Origin: Rhina ancylostomus
Taxonomy: Eukaryota
Length of the DNA stretch: 64,000 nt
Assembly (NCBI GenBank): GCA_030265395.1
Contig: JARFYF010000029.1
Location: 14,795,356-14,859,355 of the forward strand
Direction: 5' to 3'
In this document: positions 51,421 to 64,000 of the stretch, one piece after another
Layout: each line of letters starts with the position of its first letter
Numbering within the stretch: position 1 is the first letter of the stretch
Translations under genes and position numbers: made by a program
The notes under the pieces: model-generated
The model's input: only the letters and a program-made list of their open reading frames with translations
Databases searched by the model: none
Told to the model about the DNA's origin: nothing

Positions 51421-51779
51421 CTAGTAGATTAAAACGGGAGGGAGGAAAACAAATAATTCATACGTTCTTACTTCCAGAATGGATTAAACGTCAGATCAGC
51501 ATTGTATCATGGTTCATTATAACAGAGTGAGACAAATTCAACTTTGCCTTACAAGTTATTTAGCCTTCTACTGAATTTGAGGAGTTAGATTTCAATTCTA
51601 TTAAAACCATAATGGACATGCATTTTAGAAATGGGAACACATCAGAATTCTCACAAAATTATGATAGGAATTCCATAAAACAAAGTCTCATAGCTTCTAC
51701 AGACACAATGTTGAAAGTGTATAATAATATTCTATTAGAATAATGTAAGGAAATGCATCTCAAGGCAGGAAAAAGGACT

Positions 51780-53430
51780 CGGACAAGCAGAAGAATGTTA
51801 CTGTGCAGGAGAGAGGTCACTGAAAGTGGCAGTACTAAATTCTTGGTTTCATTTAACTGATATAGAATACATGAGCAAAGAGAGAATACCGAACTTGTAC
51901 AAAACCATCGTTTATACGTAGGAGCAATTTAAGGTCCCCACCATAGGAGAGGTAAAAGTGCTGGACCCAGGGCACTAGGGACTCTGCAAGATGTTGTCAG
52001 GGATGATAGTTTCAGTGGTGCAGAGCAGCCAAGATTCAATCTTTCCTCCGTCCTCCCTGTCTGACCGAGGTGCGCAAGGTCAAGAAGGATTATACAAAAA
52101 GGAAACCAATCATTGGTTGGCAAGCCGGCAACTAGGGAGCATTAAAGAAATGATGGGAGATTAGATGAATCCTTTACAGTTAGATGAATGCAGGATTTCT
52201 CTAATGGCTGCTATTGATATATAAACTGTAAATTAAATCTGTTTGGAAAGCAAGTTTGAAATGGGGGTACTATAAACCTGACTGGAATTACTGCTCAGAG
52301 ATAGTGGGGTTAGACAGTTGACTCACAAAAAGNNNNNNNNNNNNNNNNNNNNNNNNNTAAGCCCATGCCAACTCTTTACAAGGGCAATCCAGTTAGGGCT
52401 ACCACCCTATCTGTCCCCAAAGCCCTGCAAATTCTTTCCTTTCAAAGGGGAACTGGATCAGTATTTGAATACAACAACTGAATCTGTTTCCACCACTCCA
52501 GTTTCTAACTTAACACCTTATGCCATTTTTGCAAATCACCTTCATTCTACACTGGTTCTTCTCCACCACCTCTTGCAGAGGGCTGCCTTGTTCTGGGAAC
52601 TCATTGTGTTCATTCAAAACAGATTGCAGATCTAGGGGCATTAAGGGAATCAAGGCTTACTGGGATAGCTGGAAATGGCACGGACGTGGGAGACTGACCA
52701 CAATCCTGATGAATGGCAAAGCAGGCTCAAAAGGGTCATGTGACACTCTCCTGCTCTTTTGAAGCTGCTTGCCGCCTTCAGATTTGGAAACTGTGCCCTG
52801 CATATCTGATTCCAGGTTATTAATGTGTAACAGGAAAAGCAGGGGTCCTAATACTGGCTCCTGAGGTAAGCCTCTGTGCTTCAGTCCAACTCACTAATAG
52901 TCCAAATATACCATTCCCTGTGCTTCCAATTTTCTGTCCATATTACTACAGTACATTTAATTCCATGGCCTTCAATCTTTAATGACAATCAGAAATAGGT
53001 TTATTATCACTGACTTGTGCATGTTGCAAAATTTGTTGTTTTGTGCAGCAGTACAGTGCAAAGACAATTACTGTAAATTACAAAATAAATAGTGCAAAAG
53101 GAAAAACTGAAGTAGTGTTTTTGTGCCACTTTATCAAACCCCTTCTTAAAGTGTGCATTTACCACATCAGCCACATTTATCTGTTGACCCTCTCTGTTAA
53201 CTCAAAAATTATCGTTCATGAAACGTGATATTATTTTAATAAATCCATGCTGTTTTTCCATAATCAATCCATTCTTGCCCAAGTAACAGTTAATTCTATC
53301 CATTGTTATAGTTTCTACAAGTTCCCTCCACCAGTTTAAACTGACTGGCCTGCAGTTGCTGGGTTTATCATTACAATGGCATAACCATTGTAATTCTCCA
53401 ATCCTCAGGCACCACCTCCACATCTTCCCT
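51780..53430. mobile_element. Cluster of CR1 fragments in both orientations, with a nested short LINE 3' end
   Basis: Plus pieces at ~51780-52200 and 52590-52760; minus pieces at 52358-52580 and 52790-53430 (DKPSNCRPVSL...KNGLIMEKQHGFIK). An insert lies at ~52987-53119. Confidence 0.7.
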
Positions 53431-54479
53431 TAGCAACCTTTGGACTGGGTGATTTTCGCCACCCAGTACGAGCAGACATCCCAGTACCCTCGTTCTATCC
53501 ATTTTTAGCCTATCCAGCATTTCAACTATAATTTCCTTTGCTGAGACCAGTTTAGGAAAGGCATCATCATTGACCTGATGGGTTGAATAGATTGTGAGGC
53601 AGCGAGGTTTACCAAGTGCTTCAATTATAATTTGGGAAAGGGGTTGAGGAATGAGAGGAGTGTATGTGCTACCTTGTCAGAATAGAGGTGGAGAGCGGGA
53701 AGGCTCATTTTTCAATGCTGTATAAAGTGATTCTTTGCTGCCTGCCTCAGAATCTAGGAGAGTGACCACATTAAAGTTCAGAAGATACTGGTGGCTGCTC
53801 AGCCTAGTGGCATTTAAAAAGGCAGCCTGGCAGGCCCACAGCATCATCTCTGCGAGCTGCTTCACTGAGAGTGAAAGGAACCGGGTGGATGTGCTCCAGT
53901 CAGATGATTGCGCATTTTAATTCTGGAAGGTTTGACTATTTAATACTCCTGTTCACTTGCTCACTTCCATATATAGCTTTGTTAGATACACGAGCTTTGT
54001 TTTACAGCACACCCAACGCCTTGTCACAATGAGTCTTGTCAAGTTCTTTACATCTTCCAGGTGAATGAAGGGTCAGCTGGAAATTTAAATATGGCACAGC
54101 CTACTTTCAGTCACCTTTATTCTTCTTAACCAGTGCTTCTGTTCATTCACCACAAAATAATCTGTCTAACCTAAACCCAAACAATGAGGATAATTACAGT
54201 TTGAGTTCTAATTGTCATACCGGGGGGGGGGGGGGGGACAAACTTTTTNNNNNNNNNNNNNNNNNNNNNNNNNNNNNNNNNNNNNNNNNNNNNNNNNNNN
54301 NNNNNNNNNNNNNNNNNNNNNNNNNNNNNNNNNNNNNNNNNNNNNNNNAGAAAGTCTTCTGTTGGCTTCCTACAATTCCAAACCGAGTGCAGTTTCATAA
54401 TCTAGTTTTCTAAAGATACCCAGAATCCTGGTTTAGAAATTCCTCACACCTTGGTGTGTACGTGTTTCCTTCTGTCACA

Positions 54480-54800
54480 GGCAAGGCCAGCATTTATTGC
54501 TCAACCATAACCCCAGTGAACTGCTGGGCCATTTCACAGAACAGTTAAGAGCCAACCACATTGTTGCGGCTGGAGAGAGATCAGAGATTTCCCCATCTAT
54601 TCTTTTCTATCCTTAATAACTTCAGTAAAACAAATGGATTTTTAATGACAAGCTGGTAGATTCATGGTTTGATTACCGATGCTAAATGGTATTCCAGAAT
54701 TTTGTAACTATTTGATTTTGAACTTCAGCTGCCACAGTGGGATTTGAACTCTTATCTCCGGCTACCAGTCCAACATCTTATCCGTTTTGCTACAGCACCC
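54480..54800 (-). mobile_element. Near full-length tRNA-derived SINE (same family as 31640-31990)
   Basis: gcaaggccagcatttattgc...cagttaagagccaaccacattg...ctgccacagtgggatttgaactc; the B-box-like GAGTTCAAATCCC is on the minus strand. Confidence 0.7.
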
Positions 54801-56559
54801 ACAAGGCAAAGTTACATATGGTGTTACTCTGCGGCACTTAAATTCCACAGATGATACTTCTCAAAGCTTGACAACAATATCAAGAACATCAGTGCTAATA
54901 GGTTTTTTCTTTCACCCACAGAGCCACTGTTCTACCTCACACCCACCCAGCCACTCCAAGAATTGATATTGATAAGGATGTCACATTCCAACATGAGTGG
55001 GACTTCCCCTTGCTTCCCTCCACTCAACACCGAACAACATCCTACCTCACTGCCCAGCTCCTTCTGGAACTCCTATTTCACCAGTCAATCAACAGCATTG
55101 CACATTGGTTAATAATAGAGATTTTTGGGGTGGGGGTGGGGGGGGAAGCACTAGGAATGATGGTGATTGAGCTCATTCTGAAACTAATAAAATAATTGTT
55201 TATGATTAAAATCATTGCCTGGTGCTGCTTGTCAGAGTAGTCATTCTTCATTTGTTAGTAATTTGACTATCAAGGCATCATAGACAAGCTGAAATCAGCT
55301 TTATCCAACATTCGAACATACAGTAGGCACCTTTGGATGGCCAGATACCAATGATATCGGGCTGGCTATGGAACCAACTCCACCAGTTTACAGGGTTCGG
55401 GTTCACATTAACCTATGCATCAACAACGGTCCCAATCAGATATCTCTCCTTTTCAAACCATCAACACATCTATCCTCTTACAATGAAGTAAATATAAAAA
55501 AAAACCGAGTTTTCAACTTACAGAAGATGCACCACCACCTCCCACTGCAGCGTCCCCCCAACACCCACAAACTGCAGCCTCCTCCAGCCAAAAGCTGGCT
55601 TCAGACTATTGGGGGGTGGGGGAAGGGGGTGCTGTTTGCAAAGACTGCAGTGGAAATAACTTTTCCCCTCTCTACTCGGATTAGTTTTCAGTTGGTTCCC
55701 AGCAAGAACTCGGTATTCAAAACTAGAAGTTCTCCTCAAAGTGGAAGTGAGATTGAAGATAATGAGCTCATCCAACACCACAGATCTGAGGTTTGCTCAC
55801 CTGACTACGTGGGACTCAGTTACGAAGCAGGAATCTGCCACACAAACCAAGCTTTGTGGCAACATGACCTGACTGCTAAATCTATTACTTCTTTAACAGA
55901 TTCATTTAGTCAAACAGGAGGTGCAAAGAAAGATCCCGAATGGCTCAACTGGTTCATGAATAAATAGGGGAGGAAAAAAAAGTATTTAGTGGAAGATATA
56001 TTTTTAAAAAACCCAAAAAAAATCAGTGTGGAAGCCGAGCTGACGTGCTGAAGGATTGTGCCCCACAGTCTAAGGCAGTGGCTCTCAAGCTTTTTGAATG
56101 AAGGACCCATTTATTCACCTCAGTAAAACGTGCCCCACCCAGAAACACCTGACGACATGGGGTTTTTAAAAGGAGTAGAGATTAGTGTAGTCCTTTGACA
56201 GCAAAGATGCCACATACACATTTGTTTTTTTACTTCAAGTTGCCTCAATATTATTAGGCCTCGTGGATCTCTTGTCAGCTTGGGTGTCACACACCTGAGC
56301 TTGGAAATCATTTATCCAAGTCTCCCATTGCGCTGACTTTTTGGTGGGAAAGGGCATCAACTCCAAAGTACTACGTAATCAGAGAGCATTGCTTCCATCA
56401 GTAGAAATCTGCTAGTTATTCAAATCACTCAATAGAATCTGTTACATGGGCAATATTTTTCAGGGTGATGGAGGGGGAGGTGAAGGAGACTAAGGGCAAT
56501 GCAAGAAACTGAGCAGGACCAAGAGTTGCCAGGTGAGCAGCACCTCAATCTTAAAATCA

Positions 56560-56890
56560 TCCCTGTTTTCATTGTGGATTCACCACTTTGTCTCTGTAAT
56601 CTCCTCCAGCCTATAACCATTTGAAGTATCTGCCCTCCTCATTTGGGTGGGTGGGGGGCTTGCTTATTCTGATATTGAATCATTCCTCCATTGGACTCAT
56701 GCTTTCAACTGACAGGGATCCAAGATGCTAGAATATTCTCCTTGAACTTTCCCCCCTCTCTTTTCTCTGTTTACTTGCTCCCTAAAATGTAGGATCAAGC
56801 TTTTGGTCACCTGTCTCCTCCATGTGACTCAACTTTTTTTTTGGTTGATAAAACTCCTCCGAAACACCTTTGCAGAAGTTGCTACAAGGC
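56560..56890 (+). mobile_element. L2-type LINE 3' end
   Basis: tctctgtaatctcctccagcctataac...ctccattggactcatgctttcaactg...gatcaagcttttggtcacctgtc. Confidence 0.55.
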
Positions 56891-58319
56891 TGGAGTGATG
56901 TATGAGAAAGAAAGTGCTGACTACACACTGCAACTTGATGAGCACAGGCAACCATTTGTTCCCATGTACTGCCAACTTACACCGATCATTTGAGGCTCCC
57001 TCACTGGGAGCACTGCACCTTGGCGAAGATGCTGGAAGCTGTTACAGTTTTACGACAAAAACGCAAGAGCAGATGAGAGATCCATAATTCCTCAGCCAAG
57101 AAGCAAGAATCTGGGGAAGGCATACAAGAGTCCAGACATAAAGAGATCACGTAATACTCAACCCAAGCCCCTTAATTAGGGATTGGGGAATCCCTCACTG
57201 TTTCACTTATAATCTCTGCTGATTCTCTTTTGCACTTTCCTGATGAAGCTGCTTAGCAGCAAATCTTCTTATATGTCGTAGTTTGCACTTATTTGCTTTG
57301 CACTCCGCTCCTGCTAACAGTCCTGTGGAAGTACAAACCAGCAGCAACAACAGCGTACTCTCAAATGATCTTTCATCAGCATTCACCTGGGGACTGACTA
57401 GTACACACAAGATTTCTACCCACTGTGCCATGGCTTGCTTGAGATTTGAGCGTTTTATGCATGCAAGGAGATTAGAGTCATTAAGCAGCCATGTGATGCA
57501 GCTTTCAGGCCAACAGCCTGAACTGCACCATTCCACAGTCGGGGTCAAAGCACTAAGACGCTACTCTGCCAGGTTCTATACTAGAGAACAGTGAGAGTGT
57601 GATCCTTTGTAAAGTGGAAAAAAAAATCACTGAACAGACTGCCACAACAGGGGCCTCATTAAACACATTCAAATGTTTGAGTATTTTCTTACTTGCCAGA
57701 AAATTAAAAAAAACTACATTTGACAATTATTGAGTTGCTTAGTCCTATTTGCTCAAGATCGAGAGGCATTTCTGATTTGGTTGCTACCCACTGCTGGAGA
57801 TGTAGTCTTCAATAATTCACAATTGACAGCTGAGGCTCCAATGTGCTGAATCAGGAGCTTATGGAGGTCAACTTTGGTTGCCATGGAAATAAACCCATCT
57901 CCAATTTCCTGGAAAGAACAAAATTCAGCCACACAGCAGGAGCCCTGGTTCAAAAGGTTGCAATTTGTGATGAATGTCAGTTCATCAGTTAGTGTCGGCG
58001 GCTCACTTGTAAGTAGATGATCTATTCAAGGCAAAATATTTGATTTGAGAATTGCAATGCGCATGCAATTAATGGAAGTGCGAAGATAAATTAGTATACT
58101 TCTCAGTCTGGCATCTTCCCTTACCTCTGATCTCCCTTGAGCTGGGCACAGGAGGCTGCCCAGTTGGACCCTGAGAATTTTGCAAGCATTATCACTGTCC
58201 CCTCCCTCAAGTAATCATGCTTCATGCAGATAGAAAGAACATGTTCCTGTTCCTTGTGAACGGGGTTCCAATAAATATGTGGAGACTGGCAGTGGCAGAG
58301 GAAAGCATTTTCCTAAATA

Positions 58320-58450
58320 AATTGTTCTGCTCAAGAACTGAGATGGGGTTTTTAATCTGAAACACTCACCCTGTCTCTCTTCCCATAGATCCAGCATTCT
58401 CAGATTTCCAACATTTTCTGTTTTTATTTTAGATTTCCAGCATCTTTTAA
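58320..58450 (+). repeat. Penelope-derived terminal unit
   Basis: ctgagatggggtttttaatctGAAACac...ctctcttcccatagat...ccaacattttctgtttttattttagatttccagcatct. Confidence 0.55.
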
Positions 58451-59439
58451 ATTTAATTTTCACCGAGTCGTTGGCAGTACTGAATTACAAACAAACAATC
58501 CAACCCAGTAAATCCTAAAGTAACAATCCATGATAAACCACGAAAGCAGATGAAAGTCATACTGTCAGCAATTTGTTTCACCTTTGGATGAACCAGTCCT
58601 CATCTTGGTGTGTGGAATTGGTTTAAGTCAGGATCAAATTTGTTCTAAATTGCAAAAAGTGAACACTCTTAATACAATATATTCAGGCAGAGGTCAGATA
58701 CAGGATTAATTATTCCAATTCAGCTTTATTCACTTAGTTCCTGAATTCAGCATCAGAAAGACTTTCAATGTCAACTTTCACTTCCTTTGATGATAATGTG
58801 TGTGGCTTTGTGCACACAGTATCTGCTGATCTTGTTGCTCACAATAACTCACTGAATTGACAGGAACCTATTCTATTGTGCTTTCACTATCTGATCACAT
58901 GACATGCTATAAACTATATTATAAAATTTATTGAAACCAAAAGGTTAAATTTTGGGAATCAGAAAATTTACTTTACTTGCAGAATCCTGTACCTCCTCTA
59001 TTTGATAGAGAAAATACAATATGCAACGCTTCATGGAATCTCTTCACAGTAACATAACGATGTCGAACGTACACGACACTTTGTCCACCAGCAAGACTAT
59101 TTTGAGTGGCTTGCAAGGAAAGAGAACAACTGAAAATTTCTTAGATTTGGAATACCTTCTTCCATTACTCCAGGCATACTGCTGGCAGTCAAGGTAGCTC
59201 CCTTGTGAATACCCAAAATTGTTTTAAGATAGTAGCACCTGGTCAGCTTCTGTGCAGAATTTTTCTGACTCCAGTGGTTTGGCCAATAAGAACAACAACA
59301 CTGAAGCATTCTAATGTCCTAGAAGCAACTGGAATTGTTGAGGTGATGCTAATATCAATATGTCCAAAATATAACTTGATATTTCCAAATGAAGATGATT
59401 CCTCAAGTACATAAATGTTACCAACGGTTGGCTTGGGTT

Positions 59440-60665
59440 GAGTGACTTCTGAAATGTCCTCCTTCAGGAAACGTAGCTTTCCCTCTGCTGTAGTTGATGG
59501 AGCCCAAACATGCATTTCCGCCATTTCCCGCGCATCTGCTCTCATCCCCCATCCCAGGCAGAACAGAGAGCACTCCCCAGTTCTTCATCCCACTGGCCTC
59601 CACAACAAGCGTATCACCCTTCACCGCTTCTGCCTGTTCCAATGGGATCGCACCATCAGTCACATCTTCCACTCCCCCTTTCTGCTTTCCACNNNNNNNN
59701 NNNNNNNNNNNNNNNNNNNNNNNNNNNNNNNNNNNNNNNNNNNNNCATTCCCATCCCTGGCACTTTCCCCTAACTTTGCAGGAGATACAACATGTCCCTA
59801 TACCTCTTCCCTCACCACCATCCAGAGACCTGAGCAGCCCTTCCAGGTGAGGCAGAGATTCATGGGAACCTTCTCCAACCTGGTCTACTGCTCTCTGTGC
59901 TCACGACATTGGGCTCCTCTACAATGGAAAGACCAAGCTTAGACTAGACAACCATTTTGCAGAGCACCTGCGCCCTGTCTGCCAAGGCCACCTTGCATGT
60001 CTGGTTGCATGTCATTTCAATTCCCTTTCCTTTTCCCATTCCAGTACCAACCTGACTGTCCTTGGCCTTCTCATGGTGAGGCTGAACGCAAACTACAACA
60101 ACACCTCACATTCCGCTTGGCTACGGCCTAATGGGATTAATGTTGAATTTTCCCAATTTCAGGTAACCCATTCCTTCCCCACTCCTACAAGTCCATCTAG
60201 GGTCTCTCTCCTTTGGTTCACCTTTTTTATCCCTTCCCCCCCCCCCCCGTATTACCTAGGCTCATGACCCTCGCTCACCCGGTTCCATCTGCACATTACC
60301 CACATATCCATCTATCTGGATTTCTTCTCCGTTGGGTCATCTTTCCTATCTCCTCCATCTTCTTCCATCTGCTCATCATCCCTGCTTCATCTGGTTCCAC
60401 CTATCGCCTACCATCCTGTCTCACCGCCCCTCTCCCCCTACCCCATCTGGCATCATCTGCCCATCACCCCCACTCATCTGGTTCCACCCATCACCTCCCA
60501 GCCTCTGTCTCACGCTTCTCTCAACTCTATATACTGGTCATCTTCCCGCTACATTCAGTCCCGATGCAGTGTCTCAATTCAAAACATCAGCCTTTTGCTT
60601 TCAGATGCTGCTCAACCTCTCCCCTTCCCCCCTCAACTCATTCTTTCAGCAGTTTATTTTTTGTA
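59440..60665 (+). mobile_element. Penelope-like retroelement, 3' portion with GIY-YIG endonuclease remnant and terminal unit
   Basis: MSSFRKRSFPSAVV...; TCPYTSSLTTIQRPEQPFQVRQRFMGTFSNLVYCSLCSR, a frameshift, then GLLYNGKTKLRLDNHFAEHLRPV (GIY-YIG-like); ...LRPNGINVEFSQF; a pyrimidine-rich spacer; terminal cagatgctgctcaacc unit. Confidence 0.85.
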
Positions 60666-63179
60666 AGGACAGTAGCTGCATGAGTGACTCTCAATGTGCA
60701 AAATACCAGGATCGAGTAACTGGGACATGATAAGACATGTGAATCAGGGCATGACTGTGAACGAAGTCAGTCAGCTGTTACTATCCAATGATTGGCACGT
60801 CACCCTTTCACCAGATGGTTCAAATCCAGGCCAGAATGAAACAACTTCCCCTACAGAAGCTAACTAAAGACAAGTCTACAGGGTGAGATCAACCTGCTCG
60901 GAACCATCTCCATTTGCAGTCATCACCACAGAGATGGTGATTGTGAGAAGGAAGTTACATCAGTGTTCCTGTTATGCGTACATAGATTGCTTCAATTAAT
61001 TATCAAGATCATTAACTATAGAAACAACCTCCAAAAACTCCTATGATGAGAATGTAATCAGGCTACACAATTTTATATTAAAAACAAATACACAACTTTG
61101 ACTTGTAAATAACTGGGTAGCAAAGAATGACTGGAGAGAGACACAAAAGACCTTGCACCAGAGGACTTGTATTTAGAGCTCAAATTCCATGGAGTGTATT
61201 TCCTGAGTAACGTACATATTGTCCAATACAAAATAACTGTACTTCATAATGGAACTAATTAAAGTCTATGGCAGAGAATTGTACTGTGGCCCATTGCTCA
61301 GCTCATGAATAATTATCAGCATACACTCACTCCCTGGGCAATTACTGGTGAGTTGGAATTTCTGCAGTGCTGAATAATTTGCTATCTTTAATGGATGGGG
61401 GGCAGAGAGTAAGGGAGCTGCTTTCAGGCAGGATCAGGCTGTGAAATTAACCCTGCTCGCCAACCCTGAAAGTTTTGCTGTAAACACAGAGACCCAGGGG
61501 ATGAGCGAGGGAGGGAGATGCTTTATGATTCAATACAGTTTAGTGGAAATCTTTTTTTTAAGGTTGTATTTGGTATATCAAACAGAAAGCAATAAAGATA
61601 GCCATGCAGAAATACACCATTGGTCAGATTGCCAATCTGCAAGATTATTTTAGAGAATTGCTACACGGTGGAAAAATAAACTATAAACAGTGCATCATAT
61701 TTTTGGGTCACTGAGCATGAAGTTTGAAAATGTTAGAAACGAGATTACATTTGGTAGAGTGGTAGGATATAATTTTCAGATTAGTGTCCTGGAATGCTCT
61801 TATGTTTATAGCACTCCATCACTGCACATCATTAAGGACCCTGATTAAGTCACCAGGTTCACTTCTGTGCAGAGCAGAGGCAATAAAGCCAGTTTGCTCA
61901 TCAAGACTGCTCCTTTTGAAAGGAGCATGAGTTCTCTCTCATGTACTGCATACTTTCATATTTAATACTTCTGTAGTTTGGCTCACAGGAAGAGAGCAGG
62001 TTCCTTTATCCAAACGACACAATTCCGGATTTACATAAATATTGGTCTTCGATTCTGCCTTCAGGACTTGTTTTTTTTACACCAATAGCATCAAACATGA
62101 CAATTGTAATAGGATGCAGCTTGACATGGACATACAAAGTGACAATAGCACATGTAAACAAAATCTTATTCAGAAAGCCAGGTTTCAAGTTAATGATCTT
62201 GATAATGATGGTTGTTATTGGGCTTGCCAAAACAAAAAAAGAAAACACCTGGAAGAGCTTCTTGTGCCTGGAAGAGTAAATGTTTGTGGAAGAATCTATG
62301 GTGATTAATTTTTAGACAGCTGTAAAATCCCACAAAGGGCCTCCGGAGAATCTTAACACACTGCAGTTTTGCAAGATATAGAGCAATGGAATTGCCTTCT
62401 TGGAGATGGGTAAGGATTTTGTTCCATCTAAGATCAATTAAGTGACTGTCTTTGAACTTCAGCATCAGGAAATCTCCTGTGGACAGGAAATTAAACCCGA
62501 TTTTAGAAGTGCTACTCAGTTATTTTGCTCAGATATCCTCAACATGAAAGAAAAACAAGCTTGGTGGCCAGACACAATTCCCTCAATAAATATTTATGCA
62601 TTTTATACAGGAGAGCCAATAGTTAAGAGGAGGAGACTTAAATAAATAACAAATTAAATTAATTTGCATTGTCAGGAATTACTAATCAACATAAGTCAAA
62701 GACTTAAAAATTCATCTATTTTTTCAAAAAAACAAATGCGGGTGAACTCTTCTTACTATGCCACTTTGATGCATCAATATGTTTTTCTATGCATGAGAAC
62801 ATTTTAAGAAGGGAATAGATTGATCTGCCAACAGGACGATTGCTGCAGGGAACAGGCTCCTGTGTTAGAGCTTGGATTCTGATTCTTATTCTGCAGTGAT
62901 ATTCCTACTCATTTCTTTGCAAATGAAGGAAAGATTGAAGTTAATATGACAGCACGCATGCAGGACACTTAATCTATAGGAGTCAGTAGACATTTAGTAG
63001 TCGTCTCCCCTTGAAGGCTGTAGCAAAGAAAATAATAATTTCCCAGGAAAATTATTATAAATGGGCAAATCCAATCAATTATAGATAAACCTTGAAAGAG
63101 TAGGCTTTGACAGTTCAGCAAGTGGCCTTTCCTTTCTCAATTTTATGCATATAAAATTATTGGATACATCAGCTAAAGT

Positions 63180-63575
63180 ACAAGGTGTGGTTCAATTGAT
63201 CACCCACTTAACTCTGGATCACGTGGTTCTGGGTTCGCCCTACTTCATATAAGCAGAAACATGAGGTCTGACACCATCACTGGGAGTTCTGAGTACCAGG
63301 GATACAATTTTCCCAATGTTGTCTTTATTAGCAATCACATCTGTTCTCTCAGGTGGATGCAAAAGATCCCATATAAAGATGGACAACATTTAGTCTCGTG
63401 TGCCTCGGCCAATTTTCATTCCTCATTTCTAAAACAAAAGGTTTTCTAATCATCATGTTACTGTCTGTGGGAGCTTGCAGTGCTTGGCTCCTACATTTCA
63501 TACACTTCATAAGTACATCATTAGCTATAAACTGCAATGGAATGCTCGGACAAGGACATGAAAAGCACCACAAAA
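63180..63575 (+). mobile_element. Deu-domain SINE (SacSINE1/AmnSINE1 superfamily)
   Basis: Deu core tctgttctctcaggtggatgcaaaagatccca, then ggccaattttcattcctca, ctgtctgtgggagcttgc and acacttcataagtacatcattagctataaa. Confidence 0.65.
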
Positions 63576-63710
63576 ACACCACTGTCAACCTTCTCAAAAT
63601 TTTAAAGGCAAGTCCAGAAAGTGAAAAGTTCACAACAAGTTAGCCGGTTGAGAAGTTTAGAAAAACAAAGCACAAACTAATTAATAGGACTTTTTTTTCT
63701 AAATTGATTA

Positions 63711-63899
<189 letters not shown>

Positions 63900-64000
63900 T
63901 TAATTGGAAGTTTAAATAAACATTTTCCCCAACATCTTGTGTAATCAACCTCTGCCAACAGGATTGCCAAACTCTTTTCATGCCTCCTTGAAACACTTTT

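Noticed and set aside
55368-55967. Longest gap-free ORF (199 aa, + strand)
   Set aside because: It is antisense within KIAA0930 intron 2, has no recognisable domain or exon context, and crosses low-complexity and probable repeat sequence. Likely chance.
56068-56112. hAT/Charlie-like left terminus (gtctaagg CAGTGGCTCTCAAGCTTTTT)
   Set aside because: I found no matching right terminus or second target-site copy, so the support is insufficient.
59205-59414. Faint RTE-like LINE similarity (LCRI...SNVLEATGIVEVML)
   Set aside because: Too degenerate to call without a profile search.
62042-62308. Overlapping short ORFs on both strands
   Set aside because: No homology or splice signals that fit either gene.

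Overview
This is eukaryotic, AT-rich vertebrate genomic DNA, not a prokaryotic or viral locus. The repeat content (HE1-type V-SINEs, CR1/HER1 LINEs, Deu-type SINEs, Penelope-like remnants) points to a cartilaginous fish, probably a ray or skate (inference). It holds two convergent protein-coding genes. One is the last two coding exons of NUP50 (+ strand, Ran-binding domain, stop at 4410). The other is coding exons 2-10 of KIAA0930/C22orf9 (- strand, 63877 down to the stop at 28628; exon 1 lies beyond the window). All splice sites are GT-AG and the phases join into uninterrupted frames. This tail-to-tail pair is also adjacent on human 22q13. The rest is UTR, intron and intergenic DNA filled with decayed transposons (CR1, L2, Tx1-like, Penelope-like, Tc1, SINEs), plus 19 N-gaps. 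I found no convincing new biological system. The items most worth a second look are fold-back Penelope-derived units with decayed hammerhead-ribozyme cores (one split by a Tx1 insertion), a paired miRNA-site module just after the NUP50 stop, a ~7 kb repeat-poor KIAA0930 3' UTR, a possible spliced non-coding transcript between the genes, and a Tc1 terminal repeat. Repeat family names come from recognition without a database search, and repeat boundaries are approximate.
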